Part shown: in pieces, positions 27,686 through 36,242 of the stretch
Position numbering within the stretch: the first letter of the stretch is position 1
How the letters are laid out: every line of letters begins with the position of its first letter
Translations under genes and position numbers: made by a program
Source: Candidatus Saccharimonadales bacterium
GTDB taxonomy: Bacteria > Patescibacteriota > Saccharimonadia > Saccharimonadales > UBA4665
Reading direction: 5' to 3'
Length of the DNA stretch: 64,000 nt
Assembly (NCBI GenBank): GCA_035758825.1
Contig: DASTWA010000009.1
Span: 417 to 64,416, forward strand
Notes under the pieces: generated by a model
Database searches by the model: none
What the model was told of the DNA's origin: nothing
The model's input: only the letters and a program-made list of their open reading frames with translations

Positions 27686-28603
27686 CTACAGTGGGAACTC
27701 CGTTATCCAGGAGCGCAAATGGTCGCGGGCCCGGTTGAACGGGAATGAATCTGTGTCTTGGCGGGCGAGCCTGGTCGTAAACGTCGAAAGCTCATGCATG
27801 ATTGCCCACTGCTTGACGTTGTCGTAGGCCACGTTCGCACCGGTTGACTGCCGATAGTAGTCGATGGCTGCTCGAAGGACAGTGTCGCCCATAGAAAGCA
27901 GCCAACGAAATTCCTGCTCGATACTGCCGGTGTTTGTGTCACCAAAATCAATGACACCCCGAAGTACCGGTCCTTCGAACAGCAAATTGCTGGGATGGAT
28001 GTCGTCGTGGATGGCGTAACCCAGTTGCTCGTGCCTAACCAGATCCTTCCAGAGCGCGTACTGCTGATTAATAATGGGGCGCAGTTTTTCGTTTGGTAAG
28101 CGGTCTTTTACAAACAAACGGTCAAAATAAACATCCCAGGGCTCATCAAGATTATCGACGCCAGACTCTGCCCGGAGGCGCCGCACCTCAAGGCCGCTGA
28201 TGGCCTGATTTAGTTCCGCGCTGAACATCGCAACCCGCTTGCCTATTGCGGTCTGCTCGTCCTCACTCAGTGTTTGTATGGTCTTTCCGTTGAGATGTTC
28301 CCCTTCGATATACTTGGCAACCGTGTAGAAAGGTCTGGTGTGCACCTGAACCAGTTCCGGCACCTGGACGGTCCTGAGCTGAGCGCCAATTCTTTGCAGT
28401 AACGCCGTTTCAAAATACAACCGTTTGGCGGCATCGTCATTCCGAGGGAAGCGGAACACGTATGCATGGTTGACGACGGCTACTACGTTATCGGCACCGT
28501 GCTCAATGAAAGTAATTTCCTGCACATCTCTGCTAAAGGCACGAATGGCGGCATCGGCCTGCTGCATAAAATTACTATCTTCGAGAGTGGGCAATATATC
28601 CAT
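27686..28603 (-). CDS. APH/choline-kinase-family phosphotransferase
   Basis: 305 aa with the HDDIHPSNLLF catalytic loop and an IDFGDT motif. Confidence 0.75.
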   Translation of the reverse strand: MDILPTLEDSNFMQQADAAIRAFSRDVQEITFIEHGADNVVAVVNHAYVFRFPRNDDAAKRLYFETALLQRIGAQLRTVQVPELVQVHTRPFYTVAKYIEGEHLNGKTIQTLSEDEQTAIGKRVAMFSAELNQAISGLEVRRLRAESGVDNLDEPWDVYFDRLFVKDRLPNEKLRPIINQQYALWKDLVRHEQLGYAIHDDIHPSNLLFEGPVLRGVIDFGDTNTGSIEQEFRWLLSMGDTVLRAAIDYYRQSTGANVAYDNVKQWAIMHELSTFTTRLARQDTDSFPFNRARDHLRSWITEFPL

Positions 28604-28619
28604 TGGTGCCTATTATAAG

Positions 28620-30134
28620 CTACATTCGAGCATTCCACACGAAAGTGGCAGTAGTAGCACCAGGATCGGCATCGACGTTGATCGTGAACTGCGTGGTAGT
28701 GATACCGGAAATCCAAAACTTTGCAGCGGTTCCCAAGTTGTTGGTAGGCGTCACCGAAATGTTTTGCAAAGCTGGTGCGCTTTCTAGGCCATGGTTGACA
28801 GCGACCGTTGTTGACCCCGAGGCGACAGTTGCCGTACCTTCATTATCGGTAACCCAACCGATGTTGTTTCGGACAATCGTATTGGTGCCAGCACTCTCGA
28901 TAAGTGACACCGTCGGAGCCACTCCGCCCCATGTCGTACTGTTACCGGTAATGATGTTATCGCCACCGCCACCGGTACTTTCTTCACGGATAAGGCTACG
29001 AGTTTCGCCGGCGCCATCAGAAGTTTCGAGCGAGTTGGCGGTCACCACATTAAAGTGCGTGTTAAATTCCAGATGGATGCCGGAAGCCGCCACCGACCCG
29101 CCGTCGCCCGGCTGGGTAATGACATTGCCGATAACCACACACTTGTTGGCGGCCAAGAAGATATTATCACCAGGGACGCCATCAAATGTGCAGCCAACTA
29201 TTTTCGTCTTAAAGGCATTTTGGACCCGTACGCCAATACAGTTGTTAGAGCCGTTCACGAAATTACAGCTAGTTATAAACTGGAGTCCGGCCTGGTCGTA
29301 CAACATAATTGGCGCCGTACCGATAGGCGCTGATGAACCACCCAGAAATTCAAAATCCGTAGCCAAAAACCAGTTTTCGTCATTAGAAGTAACCCATACC
29401 CCGCCGCCAAAACCTGCGCTGGCACCCGAATTATCAAAAAGACAGCTCACCACACGGTTGTGGTGGCCAAAGCCGCCGCCAGTGGTCGGGCCAAGTTTGA
29501 GGCCCCAATTATACAGGCTGTAAAAATGCAGGCGCTCAAAGCTGCACTGCACTGCCCCGTCGGCTAGAATACCACCGCCGGCAGTCTGGTTCGCGGCGTT
29601 GCCATCAATAGAAAAATCGGCAAATTTGGCGCCAACGATGCCAACGCCAGGGCTTCCGCCAGTAAACTTAATGACGTAATCATTGAGTCCATTCGCAGCC
29701 TTGAGGATAGTTGATTCCCTACCGGAGCCAACTATGGTAATCGGCCCACTAATAGATAGCGGCGTGCCGACAATTGCCGTCCCAGGCGGCAGCATGAGGA
29801 TTTTGTCGGAAGAATTCGCTGCGGTTATGGCGCTCTGGAGCGCTGAAGCATCGTCAGTAGAGCCGTCAAATACAGCCCCGTAATCAGCGGCGTAGAGGAT
29901 CTGGTCGCCAACCTGTATAGCATTATTAATAGTAGTCTGGACCGCGCTTGCCAGATCGGTCAAAGGAATACCCGTCCCGGGCTTGGTGTACTTGGCGTTA
30001 GCCGTCGCTTGCGCGGTATCGATATCGCCACCCCGTTTAAGTGTGCCGTCTGTATTCAACTCCACACTTAAAAACTCGTTGAGGATACTTCCCCAGTCGC
30101 CTGTATCGCCGCCTACAGTTGGAAGTCGTACCAT
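28620..30134 (-). CDS. tailspike-like right-handed beta-helix protein (putative polysaccharide depolymerase)
   Basis: 504 aa. The N-terminal module MVRLPTVGGDTGDWGSILNEFLSVELNTDGTLK is shared with ORF 18507-19520. It also has the YGAVFDGSTDDASALQSAI pectate-lyase-3-type motif and repetitive Gly/Asn-rich beta-helix turns. There is no signal peptide. Confidence 0.7.
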   Translation of the reverse strand: MVRLPTVGGDTGDWGSILNEFLSVELNTDGTLKRGGDIDTAQATANAKYTKPGTGIPLTDLASAVQTTINNAIQVGDQILYAADYGAVFDGSTDDASALQSAITAANSSDKILMLPPGTAIVGTPLSISGPITIVGSGRESTILKAANGLNDYVIKFTGGSPGVGIVGAKFADFSIDGNAANQTAGGGILADGAVQCSFERLHFYSLYNWGLKLGPTTGGGFGHHNRVVSCLFDNSGASAGFGGGVWVTSNDENWFLATDFEFLGGSSAPIGTAPIMLYDQAGLQFITSCNFVNGSNNCIGVRVQNAFKTKIVGCTFDGVPGDNIFLAANKCVVIGNVITQPGDGGSVAASGIHLEFNTHFNVVTANSLETSDGAGETRSLIREESTGGGGDNIITGNSTTWGGVAPTVSLIESAGTNTIVRNNIGWVTDNEGTATVASGSTTVAVNHGLESAPALQNISVTPTNNLGTAAKFWISGITTTQFTINVDADPGATTATFVWNARM

Positions 30135-30163
30135 ATGCTATCCTGCTTGTGCTTAACATCACA

Positions 30164-30193
30164 ATTGTACGGTTAATTGCAGCATCTTGGCAA
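30164..30193 (-). promoter_or_regulatory. sigma70-type promoter of the tailspike-like gene
   Basis: The minus strand reads TTGCCA-18 nt-TACAAT, about 30 nt upstream of the ATG. An AGGA RBS is present. Confidence 0.4.
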
Positions 30194-30281
30194 ATAAGTA
30201 TTTTCGGCTAAATATGCTGTGATTAATATCACTCGCCAACTTATTGAAGATTGGTCAATAAGGTTATAAAGTACAGTTACT

Positions 30282-30851
30282 ATGTCAGATCTCGAACGGC
30301 TCGCTGATCTCGACCGCGACCTGGAGGCCGCGCTCCCTCCCGAATTGCTTGGACGTCTTGCCTTATTTGACGAAGAAGAAATACACACCGACCCCTACCA
30401 GAGGCGTTGCATGGCGTTGGCCGACTTACAGGCGAGACATGTGGCCGAACTTCGCGACCAAGGTACGCTCTGGAAAGCCGAAATGGAAGCAATGAGCTTC
30501 TCTATAGCCAACCCCGAACGACCGCTTCTGCCTTCAAACCTGCCCTACCGGGCCTGTGTTTACCGGCTCAACGGCCAACAGGACGGTGCGCCGGTTGTAA
30601 TTAGCGGCGTCCGGTTTACAACTATCGAAATTGCACCGACTGGTGACGTAATAGAGATGCCCTACGACGTGCCGGTCATTGTAAATGGTAAACCGCGGGT
30701 CGGCTTTGGCAGTCTAGACATCGATGTCATGGACCGCCTGGTCACCGAGCTAGAGGCGCAGCGCCAGGAGCTCAGGCTTGGTCACGACCTGGCTGCGGTC
30801 CTGCAACCACGGCGGCCACGGAAACCTCGTGCCGAGAATCCCGGACAATAG
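30282..30851 (+). CDS. hypothetical protein
   Basis: 189-aa ORF divergent from the tailspike-like gene. It has no SD, no TM segment and no family I recognise. Confidence 0.45.
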   Translation: MSDLERLADLDRDLEAALPPELLGRLALFDEEEIHTDPYQRRCMALADLQARHVAELRDQGTLWKAEMEAMSFSIANPERPLLPSNLPYRACVYRLNGQQDGAPVVISGVRFTTIEIAPTGDVIEMPYDVPVIVNGKPRVGFGSLDIDVMDRLVTELEAQRQELRLGHDLAAVLQPRRPRKPRAENPGQ

Positions 30852-30854
30852 CAC

Positions 30855-31412
30855 TTACATCCATGTCTGGAACGCTGTGAAGAGCTGCGGATAGTAATTG
30901 TTAGCTCGTGGGAAATATTTGTCCTTGGTGTCTTGGCTGCCGACTTCTGCCATCAAAGCCGAAAGCGGCACCCAGGCAAGCTGGGCGATCTTGTGCTGGT
31001 CAAAAGGCAACTGCGCGATGTCAAAATCACGCTGCACCATAAAAACATGACCAAAAACTTTGTGGGTGGTGCCATTCGGCATCGGATTGGCACACTGGAT
31101 ATTAAACAAGTGTTTCAGCTCCTCCGGCGCAACAGTTACCCGGAAGGCGCTTTCAAGCGCCCGTTGGGCAGCGGCAATCGGCTCTTCCCCCGGACGTAAA
31201 TGGCTACCGATTGTCACGTCCCAGACATTAGGGGCAAGCTCCATCCCTGATGAGCGCAGCTGCATTAGCAGCTCTCCTTGAGTGTTCATTACCCACACAT
31301 TAACCACCTCGTGCCAGAGTTCCTGCTTGTGCACCGTTGCTCTATCAAGGACCTGACCCGTCTTATGGCAGTGTTCATCGAGTACTTCGTATTGTTCGGC
31401 TGGTTGGTCCAT
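30855..31412 (-). CDS. NUDIX-family hydrolase
   Basis: 185 aa with a Nudix-box-like segment GSHLRPGEEPIAAAQRALESAFRV. Confidence 0.7.
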   Translation of the reverse strand: MDQPAEQYEVLDEHCHKTGQVLDRATVHKQELWHEVVNVWVMNTQGELLMQLRSSGMELAPNVWDVTIGSHLRPGEEPIAAAQRALESAFRVTVAPEELKHLFNIQCANPMPNGTTHKVFGHVFMVQRDFDIAQLPFDQHKIAQLAWVPLSALMAEVGSQDTKDKYFPRANNYYPQLFTAFQTWM

Positions 31413-31456
31413 AGCTGAATGCTAGCACGGGGCGGACAGGCGGTTCGTAAGAATGC

Positions 31457-31897
31457 TTACAAATCGAGTGTCTGGAGCCCTACCTCTGAATCCTTTTTAC
31501 GTTTTAGTGGCCGAAAGGAGCGATGTACGAATAATTCAATTGTAGCCCCTGCGACGAGATCTTTGATATGCCCGCCGAGCGTCTGGAAGTCTTTGTCGGC
31601 GATGACCCCATGGGCATGGAGCATTATTTTGCCCTCCTCATTGGAAGCCAGGTTGCCTGTAAAGCTGACTAGCTCGCGCAGGCCTTCAAATGTCTGCCAC
31701 CGGTAATCCTGCTTGTCCAACTCGTAGTACCCGAGCGTCACTTCCAATACACCGCCAAGCCCTTCTACCCAGGCACCCTCAATCTTGGCTTCTTGCGCAA
31801 ACTGCTCAATGGCCTCGCTAAGCCGCTCACCCTTCACCAGTTTGATCACATAATTGTATCCGTCAAAGCTATACGTCATATATTCAGTATAGGCCAA
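31457..31897 (-). CDS. PPC (DUF296) domain protein
   Basis: 146 aa. …VIKLVKGERLSEAIEQFAQE…VSFTGNL…HAHGVIAD… is typical of the PPC/PCC fold. Confidence 0.7.
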   Translation of the reverse strand: MAYTEYMTYSFDGYNYVIKLVKGERLSEAIEQFAQEAKIEGAWVEGLGGVLEVTLGYYELDKQDYRWQTFEGLRELVSFTGNLASNEEGKIMLHAHGVIADKDFQTLGGHIKDLVAGATIELFVHRSFRPLKRKKDSEVGLQTLDL

Positions 31898-31904
31898 ATA
31901 AGGA

Positions 31905-32510
31905 TTACTTGTGTGCGATTACCTGAACCCACGTGGTGTTGTTCCGGGTCGCCTTGTCTCCGCTAACCTCAACCTGGCTGTAGCCTACCTTCTTGAGCAA
32001 CTCCTCAATTTGTTGTTCTTGCCAGAAGCAAAAATACCTTGGAGCGCCCAGCTTGCTGTCCTCCCAGGTTTCACCCTCACCCTGTTTGAGTGTAAAAGCA
32101 AACCGGCCACCGTCTTTTAGGGCAGCCAAAACTTTGGCAAGGACCTTCTCGGTCTCCTCACGTGTGAAATGTAGTAAAACTGCGTTAGCGATAACCAAAT
32201 CATACGGACCGCCCAAATCGTCAGTAATCGCATTCAGGACGCGGGCATTAAGCCCTTTCTTTTGCAACAATTCCACGAATGCAGGCGTTGCATCAGTACT
32301 ATTCACCTTGAATCCCTTACCCTGAATATATTCGGTGTCGCGTCCAAAGGCGCTCCCGAACTCCAGGATATCGGCGTCGGCTGGCAAGCCGGCGAGCGCA
32401 GAGTCCATCCACTCTTTTACCACCCCGTCCACTTGCTGTGGAGTTCCGTCTATATATTCCTGCACGTGAGATTGGTAAGCGTCGATTGTTTGCTGGTTTG
32501 AATCATTCAT
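31905..32510 (-). CDS. class I SAM-dependent methyltransferase
   Basis: 201 aa with motif I ILEFGSAFGRD and post-I/II motifs. Confidence 0.8.
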   Translation of the reverse strand: MNDSNQQTIDAYQSHVQEYIDGTPQQVDGVVKEWMDSALAGLPADADILEFGSAFGRDTEYIQGKGFKVNSTDATPAFVELLQKKGLNARVLNAITDDLGGPYDLVIANAVLLHFTREETEKVLAKVLAALKDGGRFAFTLKQGEGETWEDSKLGAPRYFCFWQEQQIEELLKKVGYSQVEVSGDKATRNNTTWVQVIAHK

Positions 32511-32525
32511 AGGTATGAGTATACC

Positions 32526-35072
32526 CTAAAGTTCGCCCCAGTTTTGGCCGGTCTTAACATCTACTTTGAGCTTGACCTTGAGTTCGGGGTAAACGCTCTC
32601 CATAGTTTCTTTGAGCAGCTTGGCAGCCTGCTCGGCATTTGCTTCCGGAGTTTCTACCAAGATACTGTCGTGTACCTGTAGGATTTGTTCGCCTATGCCC
32701 TGGAGTTTTTCTTCGACCCGAAGCATGGCTATCTTCATAAGGTCAGCCTCGGTCCCCTGGATAGGCATATTAATTGCTGCGCGCTTGGCTCCTTCGCGGA
32801 CGGCAAAGTTACTGCTCTTCATATCCGGCGTCGGACGGCGGCGGCCGAAAATTGTCTCTACGTAGCCTTCACGCAGCGCTTTGGCGGCTGTTTTGTCCAT
32901 ATATTCACGGATGCGGGGCCGCAGCTCAAAATACTTGTCTATGAAGGTCTTGGCTTCGTCACGAGTCATCGTCGTGGCGATACTCAAACCATGCGGGCTC
33001 ATGCCATACAGGATGCCAAAGTTCACCACCTTGGCGTTCCGGCGCATGTCTTTGGTGACTGCTTCGAGTGGTACGCCATAAACCTCGGCGGCGGTCTTGG
33101 TGTGGATGTCGGCGTCATGGTTAAAGTCTTCGATCAGTTCTTCGTCATTAGCCATGACTGCCGCCAACCGCAGCTCAAACTGGCTGTAGTCGGCACTGAC
33201 GAACACATTACCGGGAGCAGGGACAAAGGCGGTACGGATAGCTTGGCCCAGCTCGGTGCGGGTAGGGATATTCTGCAGGTTAGGGTCATGCGAACTGAGT
33301 CGTCCGGTTGCAGCAACGTCCAGGGCAAACGTTGTGTGCAACTTGCCGTTACTGTCGACCAACTTGGGCAATGAGTCAATATATGTGCTCTTCAGTTTTG
33401 TATATTCGCGGTATTCGGTAATGAGATTGATGATTGGGTGGAGCCCGCGCAGCTTAGCGAGCTCCACAGCACCGGTAGAATACCCGGTTTTGCCCTTTTT
33501 TACGCCATCCGTGGGAAGCTGTAGTGTCTCAAACAGGATCGCCGAAAGCTGGCTTGGCGAACTAATATTGAACTCTTTGCCGGCCTTGGCATAAATATTC
33601 CGTTCCAGCGCACCAATTTTTTGCTCGAACTCCTTGCTCATGACAGCCAAATAGTCACTCTGGAGCGTGATGCCACGGTGCTCGATTTTGGCCAGAAGAT
33701 AGATGGTCGGAAATTCGATATCACGCGCTAGCTTGGTGAGCTCAGGTGCCTGCTCAAACTCCAGCGTCTGGTCTTCGAATAGCTTCCAGATAGCTGCCAC
33801 AACCTGGCCCCCGTTGTCGGTGTCGACCGTTCGGCCCAGTAGGTCAGCCAAGTCTCGTGAGCGCTCCAGGCTGTTGAGGAGGAACGCGCCAATGCGAGTA
33901 TCGTGGCCCACCTCACCCGGACATTCCAGGTCCAGCGCCAATAAAGCTCTAAAAGTGGTTTTTAGGTCGTGGCCGATGACCGGTCCGCTTGAAAGCGCCT
34001 GCACTTCTTCTGCGGATACGTCAGACATGTTAATCACCGAATATGTCGGGCTGCCGGTGCTTGCCCAGAGTTCACCGCCATCCGCGCTTAAGGCAATAAC
34101 ACGGGGGTTGGAGTTGGCAAAATCATCCGGTTTAAAGGTTGTTTGAGTGGCCGGCTGTATCTCTTCGACTGACGATTCGGCTTCGGCAAGCTCTTTGGCC
34201 GACAGCTGGGCTTCTACCTGGCGGAGCAGCGTGCGGAACTCCAGCTTACGCAGCATAGCGGCAAACTCCGGGGTAATGCCGTCCCGCAGCTTCGCCTTTT
34301 GCAGGTCTAGTTGGATCGGGGCATCGACCATCAGCGTCACCAACCGTTTGCTCAAGTAAGCCATGTCTTTGTCTTTCTCGAGCTTTGCCTTGAGGGCTGG
34401 CTTGAGTAAGTCAATATTCTCGTAGACGCCGTCCAGGGTTTTGTACTGTGAGATAAGCTCGAGGGCCGTTTTCTCACCTACGCCAGCCACACCTGGAATA
34501 TTGTCCGAGGAATCGCCCTTCAGGGCTTTGACATCCACCCATTGGTGGGCATCGACGCCGTATTTTTCTTTGAATGATGCTTCGTTAAATAGCTCGATGT
34601 TCGTCAGGCCCTTCTTGAGCGTATAGATATGGGTGTGGCTGTTGACCAACTGCAAAACGTCGAGGTCAGAGGTGACCAGATAGCTTTCGACACCCTTGGT
34701 CCCCGCCTGTTTGGCGAATGCTCCCATAAGGTCATCGGCCTCATAGTCGTCAGCTTCATACAGCGGCCAGCCCAAGGCTTCTAGTACATTGTGCAGAATA
34801 GGAATTTGTTCATAAAAATCTGGCGGCGGAGTCTTGCGGCCAGCCTTGTATTGCGGGTACAACTCAAGACGTGAACGGATATTCGTCTTGCTCTTGTCCC
34901 AGGCTACACACACGTAGTCGGGTTTCAGCCGCTTAACCACCTCAAGCGCAAGCACAGCAAACCCGTACACACCGCCCGTCGGCGTGCCATCCTTGGTACT
35001 GAGGTTCGGCATAGCGTAATAGCCGCGATAAAAAACGGATTTCCCATCGATAATCACGAGGCGTTTAGACAT
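32526..35072 (-). CDS. polA: DNA polymerase I
   Basis: The start is set at MSKRLVIIDGKSVFYRGYYA (35072). The protein has a 5'-nuclease domain, a central domain and a polymerase domain with DYSQFELRLAA and QVHDSILVE. Confidence 0.95.
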   Translation of the reverse strand: MSKRLVIIDGKSVFYRGYYAMPNLSTKDGTPTGGVYGFAVLALEVVKRLKPDYVCVAWDKSKTNIRSRLELYPQYKAGRKTPPPDFYEQIPILHNVLEALGWPLYEADDYEADDLMGAFAKQAGTKGVESYLVTSDLDVLQLVNSHTHIYTLKKGLTNIELFNEASFKEKYGVDAHQWVDVKALKGDSSDNIPGVAGVGEKTALELISQYKTLDGVYENIDLLKPALKAKLEKDKDMAYLSKRLVTLMVDAPIQLDLQKAKLRDGITPEFAAMLRKLEFRTLLRQVEAQLSAKELAEAESSVEEIQPATQTTFKPDDFANSNPRVIALSADGGELWASTGSPTYSVINMSDVSAEEVQALSSGPVIGHDLKTTFRALLALDLECPGEVGHDTRIGAFLLNSLERSRDLADLLGRTVDTDNGGQVVAAIWKLFEDQTLEFEQAPELTKLARDIEFPTIYLLAKIEHRGITLQSDYLAVMSKEFEQKIGALERNIYAKAGKEFNISSPSQLSAILFETLQLPTDGVKKGKTGYSTGAVELAKLRGLHPIINLITEYREYTKLKSTYIDSLPKLVDSNGKLHTTFALDVAATGRLSSHDPNLQNIPTRTELGQAIRTAFVPAPGNVFVSADYSQFELRLAAVMANDEELIEDFNHDADIHTKTAAEVYGVPLEAVTKDMRRNAKVVNFGILYGMSPHGLSIATTMTRDEAKTFIDKYFELRPRIREYMDKTAAKALREGYVETIFGRRRPTPDMKSSNFAVREGAKRAAINMPIQGTEADLMKIAMLRVEEKLQGIGEQILQVHDSILVETPEANAEQAAKLLKETMESVYPELKVKLKVDVKTGQNWGEL

Positions 35073-35134
35073 ACCCCCAGTATATACGTTCACCGGTGTT
35101 AAAGGAAATATGACCAGAGGAGTAAAGTTTGTAG

Positions 35135-35163
35135 TTGACATACGAGGCAACCATTCTTATGCT
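35135..35163 (+). promoter_or_regulatory. sigma70-type promoter of the peptide/ABC operon
   Basis: TTGACA-17 nt-TATGCT, about 37 nt upstream of ATG 35200. It lies downstream of the alternative start at 35110. Confidence 0.45.
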
Positions 35164-35199
35164 GCAGCCGCAACCAACTTTAACAGGAAGGAATTCCGT

Positions 35200-35394
35200 A
35201 TGCAGAGCCTCATAGAAATTGACCAAACAGCAGACTACAGCCTCAAAGAAGCCGGACCAATCGTTATTGCCCTCGCCTTCGTAATTGCGGTTGGAGGTAT
35301 GACGGCAGCAGCGATAATCCTATGCGGTTGGCGAGGCGCCAAACATATGGGCTTCAACTGGACCCAAAAACGAGTTGAGATTGTGTGCCGCTAA
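35200..35394 (+). CDS. 64-aa peptide: acidic N-terminal segment, hydrophobic core, cationic Trp/Cys-containing C-terminus (candidate precursor peptide)
   Basis: An AGGAAGGA RBS lies 7 nt before the ATG. The sequence is MQSLIEIDQTADYSLKEAG-PIVIALAFVIAVGGMTAAAIILCGW-RGAKHMGFNWTQKRVEIVCR. Its stop overlaps the next ATG (TAATG). Confidence 0.55.
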   Translation: MQSLIEIDQTADYSLKEAGPIVIALAFVIAVGGMTAAAIILCGWRGAKHMGFNWTQKRVEIVCR

Positions 35395-36242
35395 TGAATC
35401 CGTTTGCGAGTTACTGCCCACTGTTACTCGATGCTGATATGCTGTACTTGTCTGGCTCCCTGACCATACAAGGGCGGCGTGTATACGACACTACCGTTGG
35501 CGCCCTTCACTGCATTCAACCGGCGGGCACCACTATCCTTGCGGCGCTGGGGAATGGACCAATAGCGTTCGCGGCTCTCAGACATGCCAGCAAGAATGCC
35601 GGTGTCGATGATACACAGCTCTCTGACCTTCTCGGTTTTCTCAACGTTACCGGCGGCCTGATCCGCAGGCGGCCGGTACGGGCACATGCTAACGCCTGCA
35701 AACAAACTGTCCGGAACCTGCTGCTTGGCACACGGTACAAACCGCTGTATGTCCGGCGGCGGGCGACCCCGCTTTCCATTACAAAGCATATAATTGGTGC
35801 GTCTTGGCCAATCATTACTTTAAGCATCCTCACTGCTGGCCTTGCTGCAGCCGGAGGAGTGTTGCCGGCTCATGAGTGTTTATTTATCTGCGGCGCATGG
35901 TTGTCCATATTCATCAGCTCTACCTTTCTGCATGAGCTATCCCACTATCTCCTGCTCCGCCACAACCATATACCGACCGACGTAATAAAACATGGCTTCC
36001 GATGCGGCCTGCTCCATCGGCAGCAATTACCGGACTTCGAAATAAAGACCGCCCTGCTCGGGCCAGCCGCCGGAAGTGTATGGTGCATCCTGTGTGCGGC
36101 AGTCAGTTTTGGCCTACACCAGCCGTCGGCCATTGCCATATGCGGGATCGTGCTGCTTATTCAGGCCCTTAGCCTTGTACCCTGGTACGGCGATGGTATG
36201 AGCCTGCAGGCTGCACGCCGGCAAAAGAGGTACGACCAATGA
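35394..36242 (+). CDS. fusion of PqqD/RRE-like N-terminal domain with M50-like intramembrane zinc metalloprotease
   Basis: The start is taken at ATG 35394, coupled to the upstream stop. The N-terminal ~90 aa follow a PqqD-like pattern (…ALHCIQPAGTTILAALGNGPIAFAALRHASKNAGVDDTQLSDLLGFLNVTGGLI). The TM region carries FLHELSHYLL and LVPWYGDG, which match the HExxH and LxPxxxDG motifs of site-2 proteases. Confidence 0.6.
   Translation: MNPFASYCPLLLDADMLYLSGSLTIQGRRVYDTTVGALHCIQPAGTTILAALGNGPIAFAALRHASKNAGVDDTQLSDLLGFLNVTGGLIRRRPVRAHANACKQTVRNLLLGTRYKPLYVRRRATPLSITKHIIGASWPIITLSILTAGLAAAGGVLPAHECLFICGAWLSIFISSTFLHELSHYLLLRHNHIPTDVIKHGFRCGLLHRQQLPDFEIKTALLGPAAGSVWCILCAAVSFGLHQPSAIAICGIVLLIQALSLVPWYGDGMSLQAARRQKRYDQ

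Noticed and set aside
27686-28603. Aminoglycoside resistance gene
   Set aside because: Only the generic APH/choline-kinase catalytic motifs are visible. Substrate cannot be inferred, so I did not call it a resistance determinant.
28603-29523. 306-aa plus-strand ORF
   Set aside because: It is antisense to the beta-helix tailspike-like gene. The repetitive codon structure of that gene keeps the opposite frame open.
35110-35199. Longer 94-aa version of the small peptide starting at ATG 35110
   Set aside because: The predicted TTGACA-17-TATGCT promoter (35135-35163) lies downstream of this ATG. The RBS at 35200 is much better spaced. I keep it only as an alternative, since a long leader would also suit a RiPP precursor.
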